Origin: Candidatus Kaiserbacteria bacterium
GTDB lineage: Bacteria; Patescibacteriota; Minisyncoccia; Phycocordibacterales; UBA918
Length of the DNA: 64,000 nucleotides
Direction: 5' to 3'
Assembly: GCA_031423775.1 (NCBI GenBank)
Contig: JANPGF010000011.1
Location: 31,502-95,501 of the forward strand
The position numbers and the translations under genes are program-made. The stretch's first letter is position 1, and each line of letters begins with the position of its first letter. Shown one piece after another: positions 26,061 to 35,979 of this stretch. The notes below the pieces were generated by a model that did not search any database, was not told the origin of the DNA, and was given only the letters and a program-made list of their open reading frames with translations.

Positions 26061-27590
26061 TTATCGAGCGTAGCTGACGACTCTTGTCTCACGGATTACG
26101 TGGACTTTGATTTCACCAGGATAGCGTAACTGCGTTTCAATCGTGGTGGCAATCGTGCGGGCGAGGGTGTGGGTAGCAAATTCAGTCAGGTTGGCTGGAT
26201 TTACAATCACGCGGATCTCGCGACCAGCTGCGATGGCAAACGCCTTTTCAACACCTTCCAAATTTGTGGCGATAGCTTCGAGGTCGGTCAAACGTTTGAT
26301 GTAATTCTCGATTGAATCACGGCGGGCACCTGGACGAGAGCCCGAGAGTGAGTCACAGACCTGTACGATGAGTGATTCCGGTGTTTCATACGGATACTCT
26401 TCGTGGTGGGCGCGCATGGCGAGGATGACTTTTTGGTCAACGCCATATTTCTCGAGAATACGGATACCAATTTCGACATGGGTACCAGCAACTTCATGAC
26501 TTACGGTTTTACCGATGTCGTGGAGGAGTGCACCGGCTCGCGCCACTGCAACATCTGCTCCAACTTCTTCGGCAATAATGGCAGCCATATGGGCCATTTC
26601 CACTGAGTGCCAGAGCACGTTTTGTCCATAACTGGTACGGAAGTGTAAACGACCGATAATCGATACGAGATCAGGGTGAAGGTTTGGTACGTTTGCATCG
26701 TAACACGCTTTCTCGCCCATTTTGCGGACACTCTGTGCTACTTCTTTTCGAGCGAGTTCAACCGCCTCTTCAATCTTTGCGGGCTGGATGCGTCCATCTT
26801 TCATGAGGGCCTCGAGCGCAACACGTGCAATTTCTCGGCGGATTGGGTCAAAGGATGAGAGGACGATGTAGCCGGGGGTTTCGTCGATAAGCACATCGAC
26901 CCCAGTGGCGCGTTCAAAGGCGCGGACGTTACGACCTTCTTTACCAATCACTTTGCCTTTGAGGTCGTCGCTTGGGATTTCAACGTTACTCGTCATAACA
27001 CTTGTTGGCATAACGTTTCCAATGCGATGAATGGCAGCCAGGAGAATATTGGTTGCTTTGGCTTCAATCAGTTCGTTTCCGAATAGTTCTATTTTTTGGA
27101 GTCGAGCATTTAAATCCTCTGATCGTTCACGTTCGATACGGTCGGTGATGCGGGCAAAGGCTTCTGCGGCAGTGAGTCCCGCCACAGCTTCTAATTTAAC
27201 ATCGAGCTCACCTTTACGTTCATCGAGTCGAGCTTTAAAGCCTTTGACTTCATCAATTTTATTTTGCAGTGATTCCTTCTGGGAATCAATATCAATTTGG
27301 CGAGTATCAAGCATTTCTTCACGTTTCTGGAGGTGGGATTCTTTTTGATTTAACTTTTCTTCGAGGGTTTTGCGTTCTTCTTTGGCTTCGGTCTGAATGG
27401 ACTCAGCTTTTTCTTCTGCCTTTTCGATTATCTTGATCGCGCGCGTTTCGGCATCGAGGAGTCGTTCTTTGAGTACAATTTCAATTGACGACTTTTTGGA
27501 ATGGGCGTGTAAGTAACGGAGGTAGTAGCCAGCTGCAATGCCAATTCCGAGGCCGGCAACAATAGTTACCAGGTCAAACAATGGGGGCAT
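26061..27590 (-). CDS. rny: Ribonuclease Y
   Basis: N-terminal TM helix, long coiled coil, KH domain (GKVIGKEGRNVRAFE) and HD domain (LLHDIGK), 509 aa. Confidence 0.9.
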   Translation of the reverse strand: MPPLFDLVTIVAGLGIGIAAGYYLRYLHAHSKKSSIEIVLKERLLDAETRAIKIIEKAEEKAESIQTEAKEERKTLEEKLNQKESHLQKREEMLDTRQIDIDSQKESLQNKIDEVKGFKARLDERKGELDVKLEAVAGLTAAEAFARITDRIERERSEDLNARLQKIELFGNELIEAKATNILLAAIHRIGNVMPTSVMTSNVEIPSDDLKGKVIGKEGRNVRAFERATGVDVLIDETPGYIVLSSFDPIRREIARVALEALMKDGRIQPAKIEEAVELARKEVAQSVRKMGEKACYDANVPNLHPDLVSIIGRLHFRTSYGQNVLWHSVEMAHMAAIIAEEVGADVAVARAGALLHDIGKTVSHEVAGTHVEIGIRILEKYGVDQKVILAMRAHHEEYPYETPESLIVQVCDSLSGSRPGARRDSIENYIKRLTDLEAIATNLEGVEKAFAIAAGREIRVIVNPANLTEFATHTLARTIATTIETQLRYPGEIKVHVIRETRVVSYAR

Positions 27591-27679
27591 GGACGGTTTA
27601 CTAAACTAATATAGGGTACAAAGTCGGACGGGACATAATAGGCAGGTCAGACATTCGAACTGTACCAGAAAATAAACCA

Positions 27680-28399
27680 TTAGTCCATTTTGACCTCAGG
27701 AGGGCAGTAGAGAGCAATGCCTCTCCCGGCAAAGTACTTTTGAAAATATTTGTAGTTAATTGTATGATTTTGCTGAGTACGTGTGCTCGTAAATCCAGAC
27801 GGATTTTGAATGGTAATTGAATGGTCTGTATCGTTATAACCAGTGATCAGAACTAAGTGACCACCTTTTTGATCAGTGGGAGCAGTACTGTAACCACGGA
27901 TATTTGGATTGACTGAGACGATTGCCAGACTGTTATGTGAAAGGAGGTGTTTAATGCCTGAGAGTGTCAGTCGTGAGTAACAGGTCGCACTCAGGTTGTA
28001 GTTTCGTATCCAAGAAACATACTCGCGGTACCGCATGTCGGACAAATGCTCCCCATACTTTTGGTAGACACTATGTAGCAAAGCATCTTTTGCTAGTGTA
28101 ATCGTTGGATAGTTGCTCTGATTAAAAAACTCTAAGGCCATAACAGTACAGGCCATACCACAAATAGTCGTCACCCATATTTCATATTCTTCTACTGATT
28201 CAGCTCCCGATCGCCTCCAGTCCGGGTCACTTGTTTTTAACTGACCGCCTTCAAGCACCTTCTCAGCCCACTCAGGATTCGCAAATTGAGAAATAAATCT
28301 GACATTATTTGAAACCTGCAGAGGTCGTGAACATACAGCCGAATCTACATAAAGTAAAAGATTATGCATTTCTTGGGCAACTTTAGTGATGAGTCGCAT
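27680..28399 (-). CDS. Papain-like cysteine peptidase (peptidase C39-like / BtrH-like)
   Basis: Catalytic Cys context ICGMACTVMAL and His context GGHLVLITGY. Confidence 0.55.
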   Translation of the reverse strand: MRLITKVAQEMHNLLLYVDSAVCSRPLQVSNNVRFISQFANPEWAEKVLEGGQLKTSDPDWRRSGAESVEEYEIWVTTICGMACTVMALEFFNQSNYPTITLAKDALLHSVYQKYGEHLSDMRYREYVSWIRNYNLSATCYSRLTLSGIKHLLSHNSLAIVSVNPNIRGYSTAPTDQKGGHLVLITGYNDTDHSITIQNPSGFTSTRTQQNHTINYKYFQKYFAGRGIALYCPPEVKMD

Positions 28400-28523
28400 T
28401 ATATAGTGAGTATATCAATTTTATCTAGTCCGAGTAAGTACTTTAACGATACACAAAAACGCTCAAGTTTAATCGAACCTAAGCGTTTTTGTACTTTGGT
28501 ATCTATGCTAAAAACTTTCTAAA

Positions 28524-28626
28524 ATAGATGCAGTTCGAGGCGGACAAGTAAAATTTGGTGAGCCGTACTTTTTGTACGGTGAAGCTAATTTTACGTAGAC
28601 CAACGAAGAAATGCGCTATTTTTGGA
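28524..28626 (+). repeat. Dispersed intergenic repeat family R1, copy b (directly after the clpP stop)
   Basis: gatgcagttcgagg ... tgagccgtactttttgtacggtgaagctaatttt ... caacgaagaaatgcgctattttt, the same modules as copies a and c. Confidence 0.55.
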
Positions 28627-28630
28627 AGTT

Positions 28631-29230
28631 TTACTTGTAGACTTGGTCGACAATTCCGTATGCTAGTGCCTCATCAGCATCCATAAAGAAGTCGCGGTCG
28701 ACATCTTGTTCAATTTTTGCGAGCTTCTGTCCGGTTGCTTTGGCGAGCATCTTGTTCAAGCGATCGCGGGTTTTGAGGATATGTCGTGCAGTGATGTCGA
28801 TATCCGACGCCATACCGTAGGCTCCGCCTGATGGCTGATGAATCATGATTTCAGAGTTCGGAAGTGAGAAGCGTTTGCCCTTGGCTCCTTGTGAAAGGAT
28901 AAGTGACCCCATTGAAGCGGCCATACCAACACACACAGTCGCAACGTCTGGTTTGATGTGGTGCATGGTGTCGATAATCGAGAGTCCGGCCGTTACACTA
29001 CCACCCGGTGAGTTTACGTAGAGGAAAATATCTTTCTTCGGGTCTTCGGATTCGAGGAAGAGGAGTTGCGCAACAATTAAGTTTGCCATGTAATCTTCCA
29101 CCTGACCGGTGACGAAAATAATACGTTCCTTAAGGAGTCGTGAATATATATCATATGCACGTTCACCACCTTGGGTCTTTTCAATCACCATTGGGACGAG
29201 CTGGGACATTTCTGGTTCTGTGTGTTTCAT
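28631..29230 (-). CDS. clpP: ATP-dependent Clp protease proteolytic subunit
   Basis: Ser-His-Asp triad context ([11 protein letters not shown] ... IMIHQPSGG). Confidence 0.9.
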   Translation of the reverse strand: MKHTEPEMSQLVPMVIEKTQGGERAYDIYSRLLKERIIFVTGQVEDYMANLIVAQLLFLESEDPKKDIFLYVNSPGGSVTAGLSIIDTMHHIKPDVATVCVGMAASMGSLILSQGAKGKRFSLPNSEIMIHQPSGGAYGMASDIDITARHILKTRDRLNKMLAKATGQKLAKIEQDVDRDFFMDADEALAYGIVDQVYK

Positions 29231-29370
29231 AAAGAGTGTTGTAAATTAAGGTTTGTGGTGTCGTGACAGTAAAAGAGAGAAACGACGTATCAATCCTAGC
29301 AAATTAATGAGGAAAAAGAAAACAGAGGCGCGTAGGGTACGCGCCTCTGGGATTTGTCCTGAGCAAATGC

Positions 29371-29535
29371 TCAGGGGGTTTCGATCGGCCAGATGTGGCC
29401 GTGGCCTGCGGGGCTGCCGCCATAGCCTTCGATGTGGCCGCCGTTGCCATTCGGGTAAATGACGGCCGTGCCGCCATCACCTTCGATGCAGCCGGTACCA
29501 CCACCGGTATTGTTGCAGTTGGGTTTCGTGAACAT
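29371..29535 (-). CDS. Small Gly/His-rich peptide (54 aa from MFTKPN)
   Basis: GGGGAGA RBS 7 nt upstream of the ATG. It has its own downstream hairpin (aggcgcgtagggtacgcgcct). Sequence: MFTKPNCNNTGGGTGCIEGDGGTAVIYPNGNGGHIEGYGGSPAGHGHIWPIETP. Confidence 0.35.
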   Translation of the reverse strand: MFTKPNCNNTGGGTGCIEGDGGTAVIYPNGNGGHIEGYGGSPAGHGHIWPIETP

Positions 29536-29610
29536 TGGTAGTTCTCCCCTTGGGTCCATCCAGCTGTGGACTCTTTTATAGTAGCGAGCTTTTAGTTGTT
29601 CGTCAAACTA

Positions 29611-29648
29611 AAAAAAGCGATGCCCGGATCTGGGCATCGCTTTCTTTT
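29611..29648 (-). terminator. Terminator of tig
   Basis: Hairpin agcgatgcccggatctgggcatcgct followed by T-rich sequence. Confidence 0.55.
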
Positions 29649-29655
29649 GCAATTA

Positions 29656-30798
29656 TTAGAGACTCTCTAATAATTTCATGACGGCTTCGTTTGTCATAAC
29701 TGATGCAACATACACCGTTACTCGATGACGGTCAGCGTCTTTATATTGTTCGAGGAGTTGGTTAACTTGTTCGTTCAGTTGTGTCTCGTCTGGCTTTACT
29801 TCCTCACGTTTAGCGATTTCATTCAGGATAAGCTGGAGACGTGCACGCTTCTCGGCAGCTGGAGTCCAATCCTTCTTCATATCGTCGATGGTCTTGTTGA
29901 TGTGTTTGAGATAATCCTCCATCTTTAAGTTAGCTCGTTCAAGGTCTTCATTCATTTGAGCAAACATCTGGTTGAGTTCAGTATCGATCAGGAGTTGCGG
30001 TAGGTCGATAGTAGAAGCCGCTATAATCGTGTCGGTAATCACTGCGCGGTGCTTTGCAACGCCGTCACGCTTTTTCTCAACCTCGAGATGTTCTCGGATT
30101 TTAGCTTTGAAGTCAGCAATATCCGTAAATTGTCCGGGCTGGCCCAGAGTTTTAACCAGTTCGTCAGTGAGTTCTGGTAGTGGTAGTTTGGCAAAATCTT
30201 CTTCAGTTTCAATTGGTGTAACTTCTTCAGTCTCTGGGGCGTCAATGCCTTCCTCGATATTTTTGGCTGCAGCTTTGTTCTGGAGACGTTCGTATGCCAT
30301 TTTTTGACGGAGGATATCGGTAATTTGCTTTTCAACCTCTGCGTCTGTGACGTCGAGTGATTCTTTTGATTTGTTGGTAGTTGCAGCGAGAGCTTTGTAG
30401 TCAGGTAGGGTAATAGTTGGCACCACGGTCACGGTTGCAGTAAATCCAAGCGGGTTTCCTTCAGCAATTTTTGTAATCGAAATCTGTGGGTAGCCAATTG
30501 CATCGATGTTGTGCTCTTCAAGAATGTGTGGGTACATGTGAGCAATCGCACGCTCAGCCATTTCAGCCAAAATAGTCATTTCACCAACGGTTTTTACAAT
30601 CATCGCTTCCGGAACGTGGCCGGGACGGAAACCGTCAATTTTGAGGTTACGACCGAGGTGAGCAATCGCTCCAGCTCGTTCCGCGGCAAGCTCAGAAAAC
30701 GGGATTTCACCGGCAATTTTAACTTGTGAACCGGGTTCTGGCGTGACGGTAAAAGCGCTTTTAAAATCAATATCGTGATGATGATGTGAATGTGACAT
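29656..30798 (-). CDS. tig: Trigger factor
   Basis: N-terminal ribosome-binding domain (GFRPGHVP) and overall TF architecture. 380 aa with a His-rich N-terminus. Confidence 0.85.
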   Translation of the reverse strand: MSHSHHHHDIDFKSAFTVTPEPGSQVKIAGEIPFSELAAERAGAIAHLGRNLKIDGFRPGHVPEAMIVKTVGEMTILAEMAERAIAHMYPHILEEHNIDAIGYPQISITKIAEGNPLGFTATVTVVPTITLPDYKALAATTNKSKESLDVTDAEVEKQITDILRQKMAYERLQNKAAAKNIEEGIDAPETEEVTPIETEEDFAKLPLPELTDELVKTLGQPGQFTDIADFKAKIREHLEVEKKRDGVAKHRAVITDTIIAASTIDLPQLLIDTELNQMFAQMNEDLERANLKMEDYLKHINKTIDDMKKDWTPAAEKRARLQLILNEIAKREEVKPDETQLNEQVNQLLEQYKDADRHRVTVYVASVMTNEAVMKLLESL

Positions 30799-31298
30799 AG
30801 TACCGGCTAGTGTACTGATAAGTGGCTAAAATGCAAGGTGAAAGTGAGGAAGCAGTTCAGTTTAATAGTTGCATGGTTGCATAGTGTAACGTCTGTCTTT
30901 ACGAGGAATGGAGCGAAGCGGAGTGGTATGGCAATCTAGAGTCGTACCGAACAGTCCTTGGATTGCTTCATGTGTTGCAATGACGGTTATGTCAGCATTT
31001 CTATAGACAGTAGGTGTGCGGGCATTGGAGGGGGAAGGGAAAGTAAAAACCCGACACGCGTGCGTGTCGGGGGGATTTTTGGATTCTATGCCAGTAGATC
31101 TGTGTGGCGCTTGGGTGAGGGATGGCTATTGCCCCATCATTGGCGTAATAGACTCAGTGGCCGTGACCATGTCCGTGCATGTTTTTCTCCCTGAAGAACA
31201 ACGACACAACGTGTCGACCTCTATCAACTGGTTTCGGTCACCAGTAGAGATTTAATTAGGATAGGTGATTTAGAGGTGTTTTGCAAGCGGGTTGATGT

Positions 31299-31332
31299 CA
31301 AAACCACCAAATCGAACGACTGGTGGTTTCTG
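31299..31332 (-). terminator. Terminator of the 31338-31760 gene
   Basis: Hairpin aaaccaccaaatcgaacgactggtggttt. Confidence 0.5.
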
Positions 31333-31337
31333 GTAGT

Positions 31338-31760
31338 TTATGGTTTGGCTGGAATTGCGGCGTTTAGTTCGGACTCGATGGCGGGTATTTCAGAATCCAG
31401 TTCTTCGAGGTGAGTACTGTCTACGTCGGCTTTGATAGCCGGGAGTTCGTCCGAGGTGCTCACTACGTCCATAGTTTGAGTGCGCGCTTTGGCTGTTGCG
31501 CTCTCCGGTTCATGGTTTTCAGCGTCAGTCGGTCGTGTTGCAGGAACTTCGGTCAGAGCGGCTTCTTTGGCTACTAACGTGTACCAGAAGTAGAATCCTC
31601 CGAGGATTGCAGCGAGTATAAGAACGAGCAATATAATAATTGGAAGAGAGAGGATCGTGCCTGACGACTGTACCGCTGCTACGCGGTGCGTAGTTGTGGT
31701 TGGCAGTTTCATTTCTTCTCCATCAAAATTTGGCTCAATAACGGGTTGATTCTTTTCCAT
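31338..31760 (-). CDS. Hypothetical membrane-anchored protein
   Basis: ORF with one TM helix (ILSLPIIILLVLILAAILGGFYFWY). Confidence 0.5.
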   Translation of the reverse strand: MEKNQPVIEPNFDGEEMKLPTTTTHRVAAVQSSGTILSLPIIILLVLILAAILGGFYFWYTLVAKEAALTEVPATRPTDAENHEPESATAKARTQTMDVVSTSDELPAIKADVDSTHLEELDSEIPAIESELNAAIPAKP

Positions 31761-31771
31761 AGATAGTCACA

Positions 31772-32407
31772 TTATAACTTAGGGGAGGTACTTGCTGTGG
31801 TGCTGCTTGTGGTTGCAGGCGTGGCTTGTTGTGGGTTACTGGCGGCAGCAACAGTTGCAACTACTGCATCATAGGCGCTTCGAATAGCGGTGTTGATATC
31901 AGTATAGGTGACTTTGAGACTGGACCAGCTTTCACGTGGTGTGGCTGAGCCGATAAAGTTGATTACCGCCTTATCGATAGTACTGAGACTACTACTTGCT
32001 TTTGCAAGACTAATTTTGGCCTCATTTAAATGAATACGTGCTTCGTGTACGTCACTTCCGCCGGTTTCCATAATGTTTAATCGTGAGTCGAGTCGTTTAA
32101 TGACATTTTCAATTCGTCGAACAGCCGCATCTTGTTTGTTGCTAATTAACCCGGCGAGGTTATTGATACGGCTTTGGGCGTCTGCTGATAAGGCTGCTTC
32201 ACTCACTTTTGGCGCTGGCGCTGGTGTTGTTGGTGCCGTAGTAGTAGCTGGTGTGCTGCTAGCACTTTTGGTGGTTGTACTTGTTGCGGTTGTAGTACTG
32301 GCTGCAAACGCTAGTGTAGGCAGGAGTATAACAAGTGCAATGACAAATTGTACGGTGTAACGTATCGTAAACATATGTGCGTAGTATATCATCCCTCTCG
32401 CGCGCAC
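31772..32407 (-). CDS. Hypothetical secreted protein with a Thr/Ala/Pro-rich linker
   Basis: Signal-peptide-like N-terminus (VQFVIALVILLPTLAFA) and a low-complexity T/P-rich region. The true start is probably one of the internal Met codons. Confidence 0.5.
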   Translation of the reverse strand: MRARGMIYYAHMFTIRYTVQFVIALVILLPTLAFAASTTTATSTTTKSASSTPATTTAPTTPAPAPKVSEAALSADAQSRINNLAGLISNKQDAAVRRIENVIKRLDSRLNIMETGGSDVHEARIHLNEAKISLAKASSSLSTIDKAVINFIGSATPRESWSSLKVTYTDINTAIRSAYDAVVATVAAASNPQQATPATTSSTTASTSPKL

Positions 32408-32484
32408 GTGCGATTTTTGCCTGTGAGCAAAACAAAACCTTGTACAGAAATGTGTACAAGGTTTTGAAGAGTGCTGGTGTAACT

Positions 32485-33405
32485 CTATAGTTTAAGCGCC
32501 GGCAAGATTTGCTTTTTTCGTGAAAGAATACCGGGGAGTATTTCAGTGTCACTCGTCACGGTGACTCCAAACGAACTCTGGATAATCTGTTTTGCGAGAT
32601 CACTGTACGTGAGGACTGTGGCCTCTTCCCGGAAGATGTCGACAATGAAAAAGAGTACATCATCCACATCATTTTCGTTTGTAACGCATTCTTTAATTGC
32701 TGTAATGATACCGTCTTTACGAGCGAGAACGGTTTCTGGTGTAGTGGTTTCAAGTACTGATACCCGGAAATTCTTGCCACCTACTTCGTACTTTTTACTA
32801 TCGAGGGTAATCAGTCCTGTATCGCTGAACATGCTAACGTCAGATTTGGCCGCAAACATTTCATTAGCGTATGCCATAAGGTCGATTTCGAGCACGTTTG
32901 CTAATCTTTCAGCAACGTCCTTGTCGTGAGGGGTAGTGGTTGGTGAACGAAAAGCGAGCGTGTCTGAGAGAATGCAAGAGAGCATTATTCCAGCAATGTG
33001 GCGAGGCAGTGTTGCTGCATCAAGGTTCGTGAGGTCGTGCATTACTGTGGCGGTGCAAGCGAGGGGTCGAATAGTGATATTGGCTGGCAATTCAGTTGCG
33101 ATACCACCTACTAATTTGTGGTGATCAATCAGTTGGATGAGTGAAAGTTCACTCATAGTTGCCGGTAATTCCTGTGGATTGTTGGTGTCGACCACTATTA
33201 CTTCTGTACCAGTGGGCAAGGTTGGGAGCAGTTCCGGTGTCGGTACACTAAAATAGTTGAGGACAAACCGGGTTTCGGTATTTAGTTCCCCTAGAACATA
33301 CGGTGTGGCTTCTTGTCCGGTGTGTTCGTTTAAATACCACGCCCAAATAATGGCTGAGCCGGTTGCATCCGTGTCCGGTGAGAGGTGTCCAAATACGTAA
33401 ATCAT
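32485..33405 (-). CDS. ppaC: Manganese-dependent inorganic pyrophosphatase (family II, DHH)
   Basis: IYVFGHLSPDTDATGSAI (DHH motif I-II) ... DHHK; 306 aa. Confidence 0.75.
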   Translation of the reverse strand: MIYVFGHLSPDTDATGSAIIWAWYLNEHTGQEATPYVLGELNTETRFVLNYFSVPTPELLPTLPTGTEVIVVDTNNPQELPATMSELSLIQLIDHHKLVGGIATELPANITIRPLACTATVMHDLTNLDAATLPRHIAGIMLSCILSDTLAFRSPTTTPHDKDVAERLANVLEIDLMAYANEMFAAKSDVSMFSDTGLITLDSKKYEVGGKNFRVSVLETTTPETVLARKDGIITAIKECVTNENDVDDVLFFIVDIFREEATVLTYSDLAKQIIQSSFGVTVTSDTEILPGILSRKKQILPALKL

Positions 33406-33578
33406 AGAAATGTTAATTACCTAATTACTGTTCGTGTAGTGTAGAGTATGTGTCTCTAGGGTGCAAGTAGAATTTTAACTACACTCCCTACCCATGTCTA
33501 ATGGTTCAATCGATTGAACCATTAGACAGCAAAACGGTCTGCGCGTGGGCGCAGACCGTTTTGCTTTTGAGTGTATGT

Positions 33579-34982
33579 TTACGCTTTGACTTCAGTTCCT
33601 TCTTCGTCTGAACTTTCAGCTTCTTCGTTTACGAGGGCTTCCGCCTCTTCGGGGGTCTCTACATCTTCAAGTGCTTCGTCTTCAGTAGTGACGTCACGAT
33701 CACCGGTTGTCTCGTCCTCCACTTCTTCGGTTGCAGCGAGAGTGGCTGAATCTTCCTCTACTAGCTCATCGACAACTGTTTTGGCTGGCTTGGTTGTTAC
33801 TGTTTCTGCGTCCCCTTCGGCGAGAGCTTCACCAGTTTGTGCTGACACAATATCGATTTTCCAACCGGTCAGTTTTGCTGCGAGACGAACGTTCTGTCCG
33901 CCGCGTCCAATTGCGAGTGACTGCTGATCGGCAGCTACTTCAGCTATGGCGTGACCACGCTCTCCTGTCTCATCGTTTGGTTCACTAACGATTTTCACGT
34001 TCAGCACTTGGGCTGGCGAGAGAGCGTCTTCAATAAACTCAGCTGGAGTTGGTGACCATTCAATAATGTCAATTTTCTCACCACCAAGTTCACTCATCAC
34101 TGTTGAAACACGTACACCACGCTGTCCAACCATTGAACCAACGGGGTCAATGTGGGTATCATTAGCATAGACGGCAATCTTTGAGCGAGCGCCAGCTTCA
34201 CGGGCAACTGCCTTTACTTCAACTGCTCCAGTTTGTAGTTCCGGTGTTTCGATAGCAAAAAGTCCAGAAAGGAAATCAGCATGTGATCGAGACAGTTTGA
34301 GAAAAATTCCTCGCGGTGTCTCTTCTACTGCGAGCAGGATAGCGCGAATTCGTTCACCCGGTTTGTAGCGTTCACCAGGCATTTGTTCGTCATACGGCAT
34401 AATAGCGGTCATTCGACCGAGGTCAACGTAGAGGTTCCCGCGTTCGAAACGCTGTACCTGGCCAACAACAATATCACCAGCCTTCTGACTAAATTCTGCC
34501 AAGGCTGATTCTTTTTCAGCTTCACGAATCTTCTGTACGATCACTTGCTTGGCAGTTTGGGCGGCGATACGACCAAAATCTGCTTTTGATTCGAGGGGGA
34601 AGATGAGCTGTTCACCGAGCGTAGCGCCTTTTTTAATCATCTGCGCGGTTGAAAGCATGATGTGCTTCTCTTCATCAAAGCGTACTTTTTTGATACCTTC
34701 AGCATCCGGCATTACATCTTCTTCGTCGAGAATGTCTTCTTCACCTTCGGCTGGCTCGGGACGGAGCATGCTCTCGTCCACGACAATTTTCACTTGATTA
34801 AATATTACATCGCCCGTCGCAAGGTCAAAGTGGGCGGTGATAATTTGTCCGCGTTTACCAAATTCTTTTTTGTAGGCAGTCGCGAGAGACTGTTCGATAG
34901 CGTCAATCATCTTCTCTCGTTTAATGCCGCGTTCCTCTTCCATTTCGGTGAGAACCGCATGGATTACTTTTAGGTCAAACAT
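33579..34982 (-). CDS. nusA: Transcription termination/antitermination factor NusA with an acidic C-terminal extension
   Basis: NusA N-terminal domain, S1 and two KH domains. The C-terminal tail is D/E-rich. Confidence 0.9.
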   Translation of the reverse strand: MFDLKVIHAVLTEMEEERGIKREKMIDAIEQSLATAYKKEFGKRGQIITAHFDLATGDVIFNQVKIVVDESMLRPEPAEGEEDILDEEDVMPDAEGIKKVRFDEEKHIMLSTAQMIKKGATLGEQLIFPLESKADFGRIAAQTAKQVIVQKIREAEKESALAEFSQKAGDIVVGQVQRFERGNLYVDLGRMTAIMPYDEQMPGERYKPGERIRAILLAVEETPRGIFLKLSRSHADFLSGLFAIETPELQTGAVEVKAVAREAGARSKIAVYANDTHIDPVGSMVGQRGVRVSTVMSELGGEKIDIIEWSPTPAEFIEDALSPAQVLNVKIVSEPNDETGERGHAIAEVAADQQSLAIGRGGQNVRLAAKLTGWKIDIVSAQTGEALAEGDAETVTTKPAKTVVDELVEEDSATLAATEEVEDETTGDRDVTTEDEALEDVETPEEAEALVNEEAESSDEEGTEVKA

Positions 34983-35202
34983 ATATATGTAGGTTGGGTA
35001 TTCCCGTTAGTTGTAAATCTTTTTAAATAGTCCTTCTCACGCCTCGTTTTTTGGACAAAGAACGCGCGGGCAAGCGCCCGCGCGGAAGTCATAAGTACTA
35101 TAGCGAGGATCGGATGAGTTGTCAAAACCGAATTAACCCTGATGAGGAATTACCTGATAGAAGTAAAAAGACTATATTTTTGAGTCAGCTAGTCAAAATA
35201 TA

Positions 35203-35230
35203 TTGACATTCATGAAAAAAAGTGTATAAT
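35203..35230 (+). promoter_or_regulatory. Sigma70-like promoter (TTGACA-16-TATAAT)
   Basis: Near-consensus hexamers with a 16-nt spacer, about 40 nt upstream of ORF 35270. Confidence 0.5.
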
Positions 35231-35269
35231 AAAGCCAGTTAATTCTGTGTCAATAGGGGGCTAAAAAAG

Positions 35270-35512
35270 ATGCAGTCGTTCCAAGAGGGTGAAGGATATC
35301 GTGCTGAGGCTGCGGTCAAGTGTGCAGGTGGCCGAATCGTTGTATCGAGTTTTGTTGCTGGTTTGAAGGCGTCATCTGGTCGTCCACCGGTGCCACTTTC
35401 GAGTGATGCGGCACTCGACTGGGCGATTCGTTTCGCTGAGCATGGCTACAACCAGGCAGCGGAGGAGATTTTTGACAAGCTCTGCGCCGGTCTGACGGTA
35501 TACCGGTACTAA
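35270..35512 (+). CDS. Hypothetical small protein (80 aa)
   Basis: ORF directly downstream of a strong promoter, GC-rich. Confidence 0.4.
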   Translation: MQSFQEGEGYRAEAAVKCAGGRIVVSSFVAGLKASSGRPPVPLSSDAALDWAIRFAEHGYNQAAEEIFDKLCAGLTVYRY

Positions 35513-35588
35513 ATTCCGCGGTATAATGGGTTTCTGGCAGGTCCCACCAAAATCTGCCAGCCAACGTCTCAGTAGAAAGGAGACATAA

Positions 35589-35765
35589 TATGCGTCCCGT
35601 GCCGAAAAAAACTCATAAACCGAACCCGATCGCTAAAGCGGTCCGGACCCCGAAATTCCGCTCGCGGACGGAGGTCGATCGGACCAAATACGATCGTAAT
35701 GCTGCAAAGCGCCAACTCTCCAAAGAGTCTGGCGCTTTTTCTCTGCTCCGCACAGAAATACTATG
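35589..35765 (+). CDS. Small basic ORF (58 aa)
   Basis: Excellent RBS (AGAAAGGAGACATAATATG). The hand translation is Lys/Arg-rich. It is below the ORF-track size cutoff. Confidence 0.3.
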
Positions 35766-35979
35766 ATAAATATTGACTTTTTAATAAAATATGCTATTAT
35801 ATTCACGTATATTTCGTTCGTTTACAAGGCGAAAATATGAATTTTATTCAGTTCAGCAGATTCTGGTGGACTGAAGAAGTTCGTTGACAGACTAATAACA
35901 AAAGTAGTGGGTATACCCACTCGATTCATCGGCTGCCAGTTGTGAAACTTGGTGGCTTTATTCCAAACGTCCGTGCTTA

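Noticed and set aside
31016-31255. 79-aa plus-strand ORF in the tig upstream region
   Set aside because: It contains a strong bidirectional terminator hairpin (31044-31082) in its middle and lacks an RBS. The region is more likely non-coding and possibly holds a small RNA.
35120-35160. Hammerhead-ribozyme-like CTGATGAG motif
   Set aside because: Only the CUGAUGA box is present. No adjoining stem II / GAAA and stem I-III architecture could be drawn.
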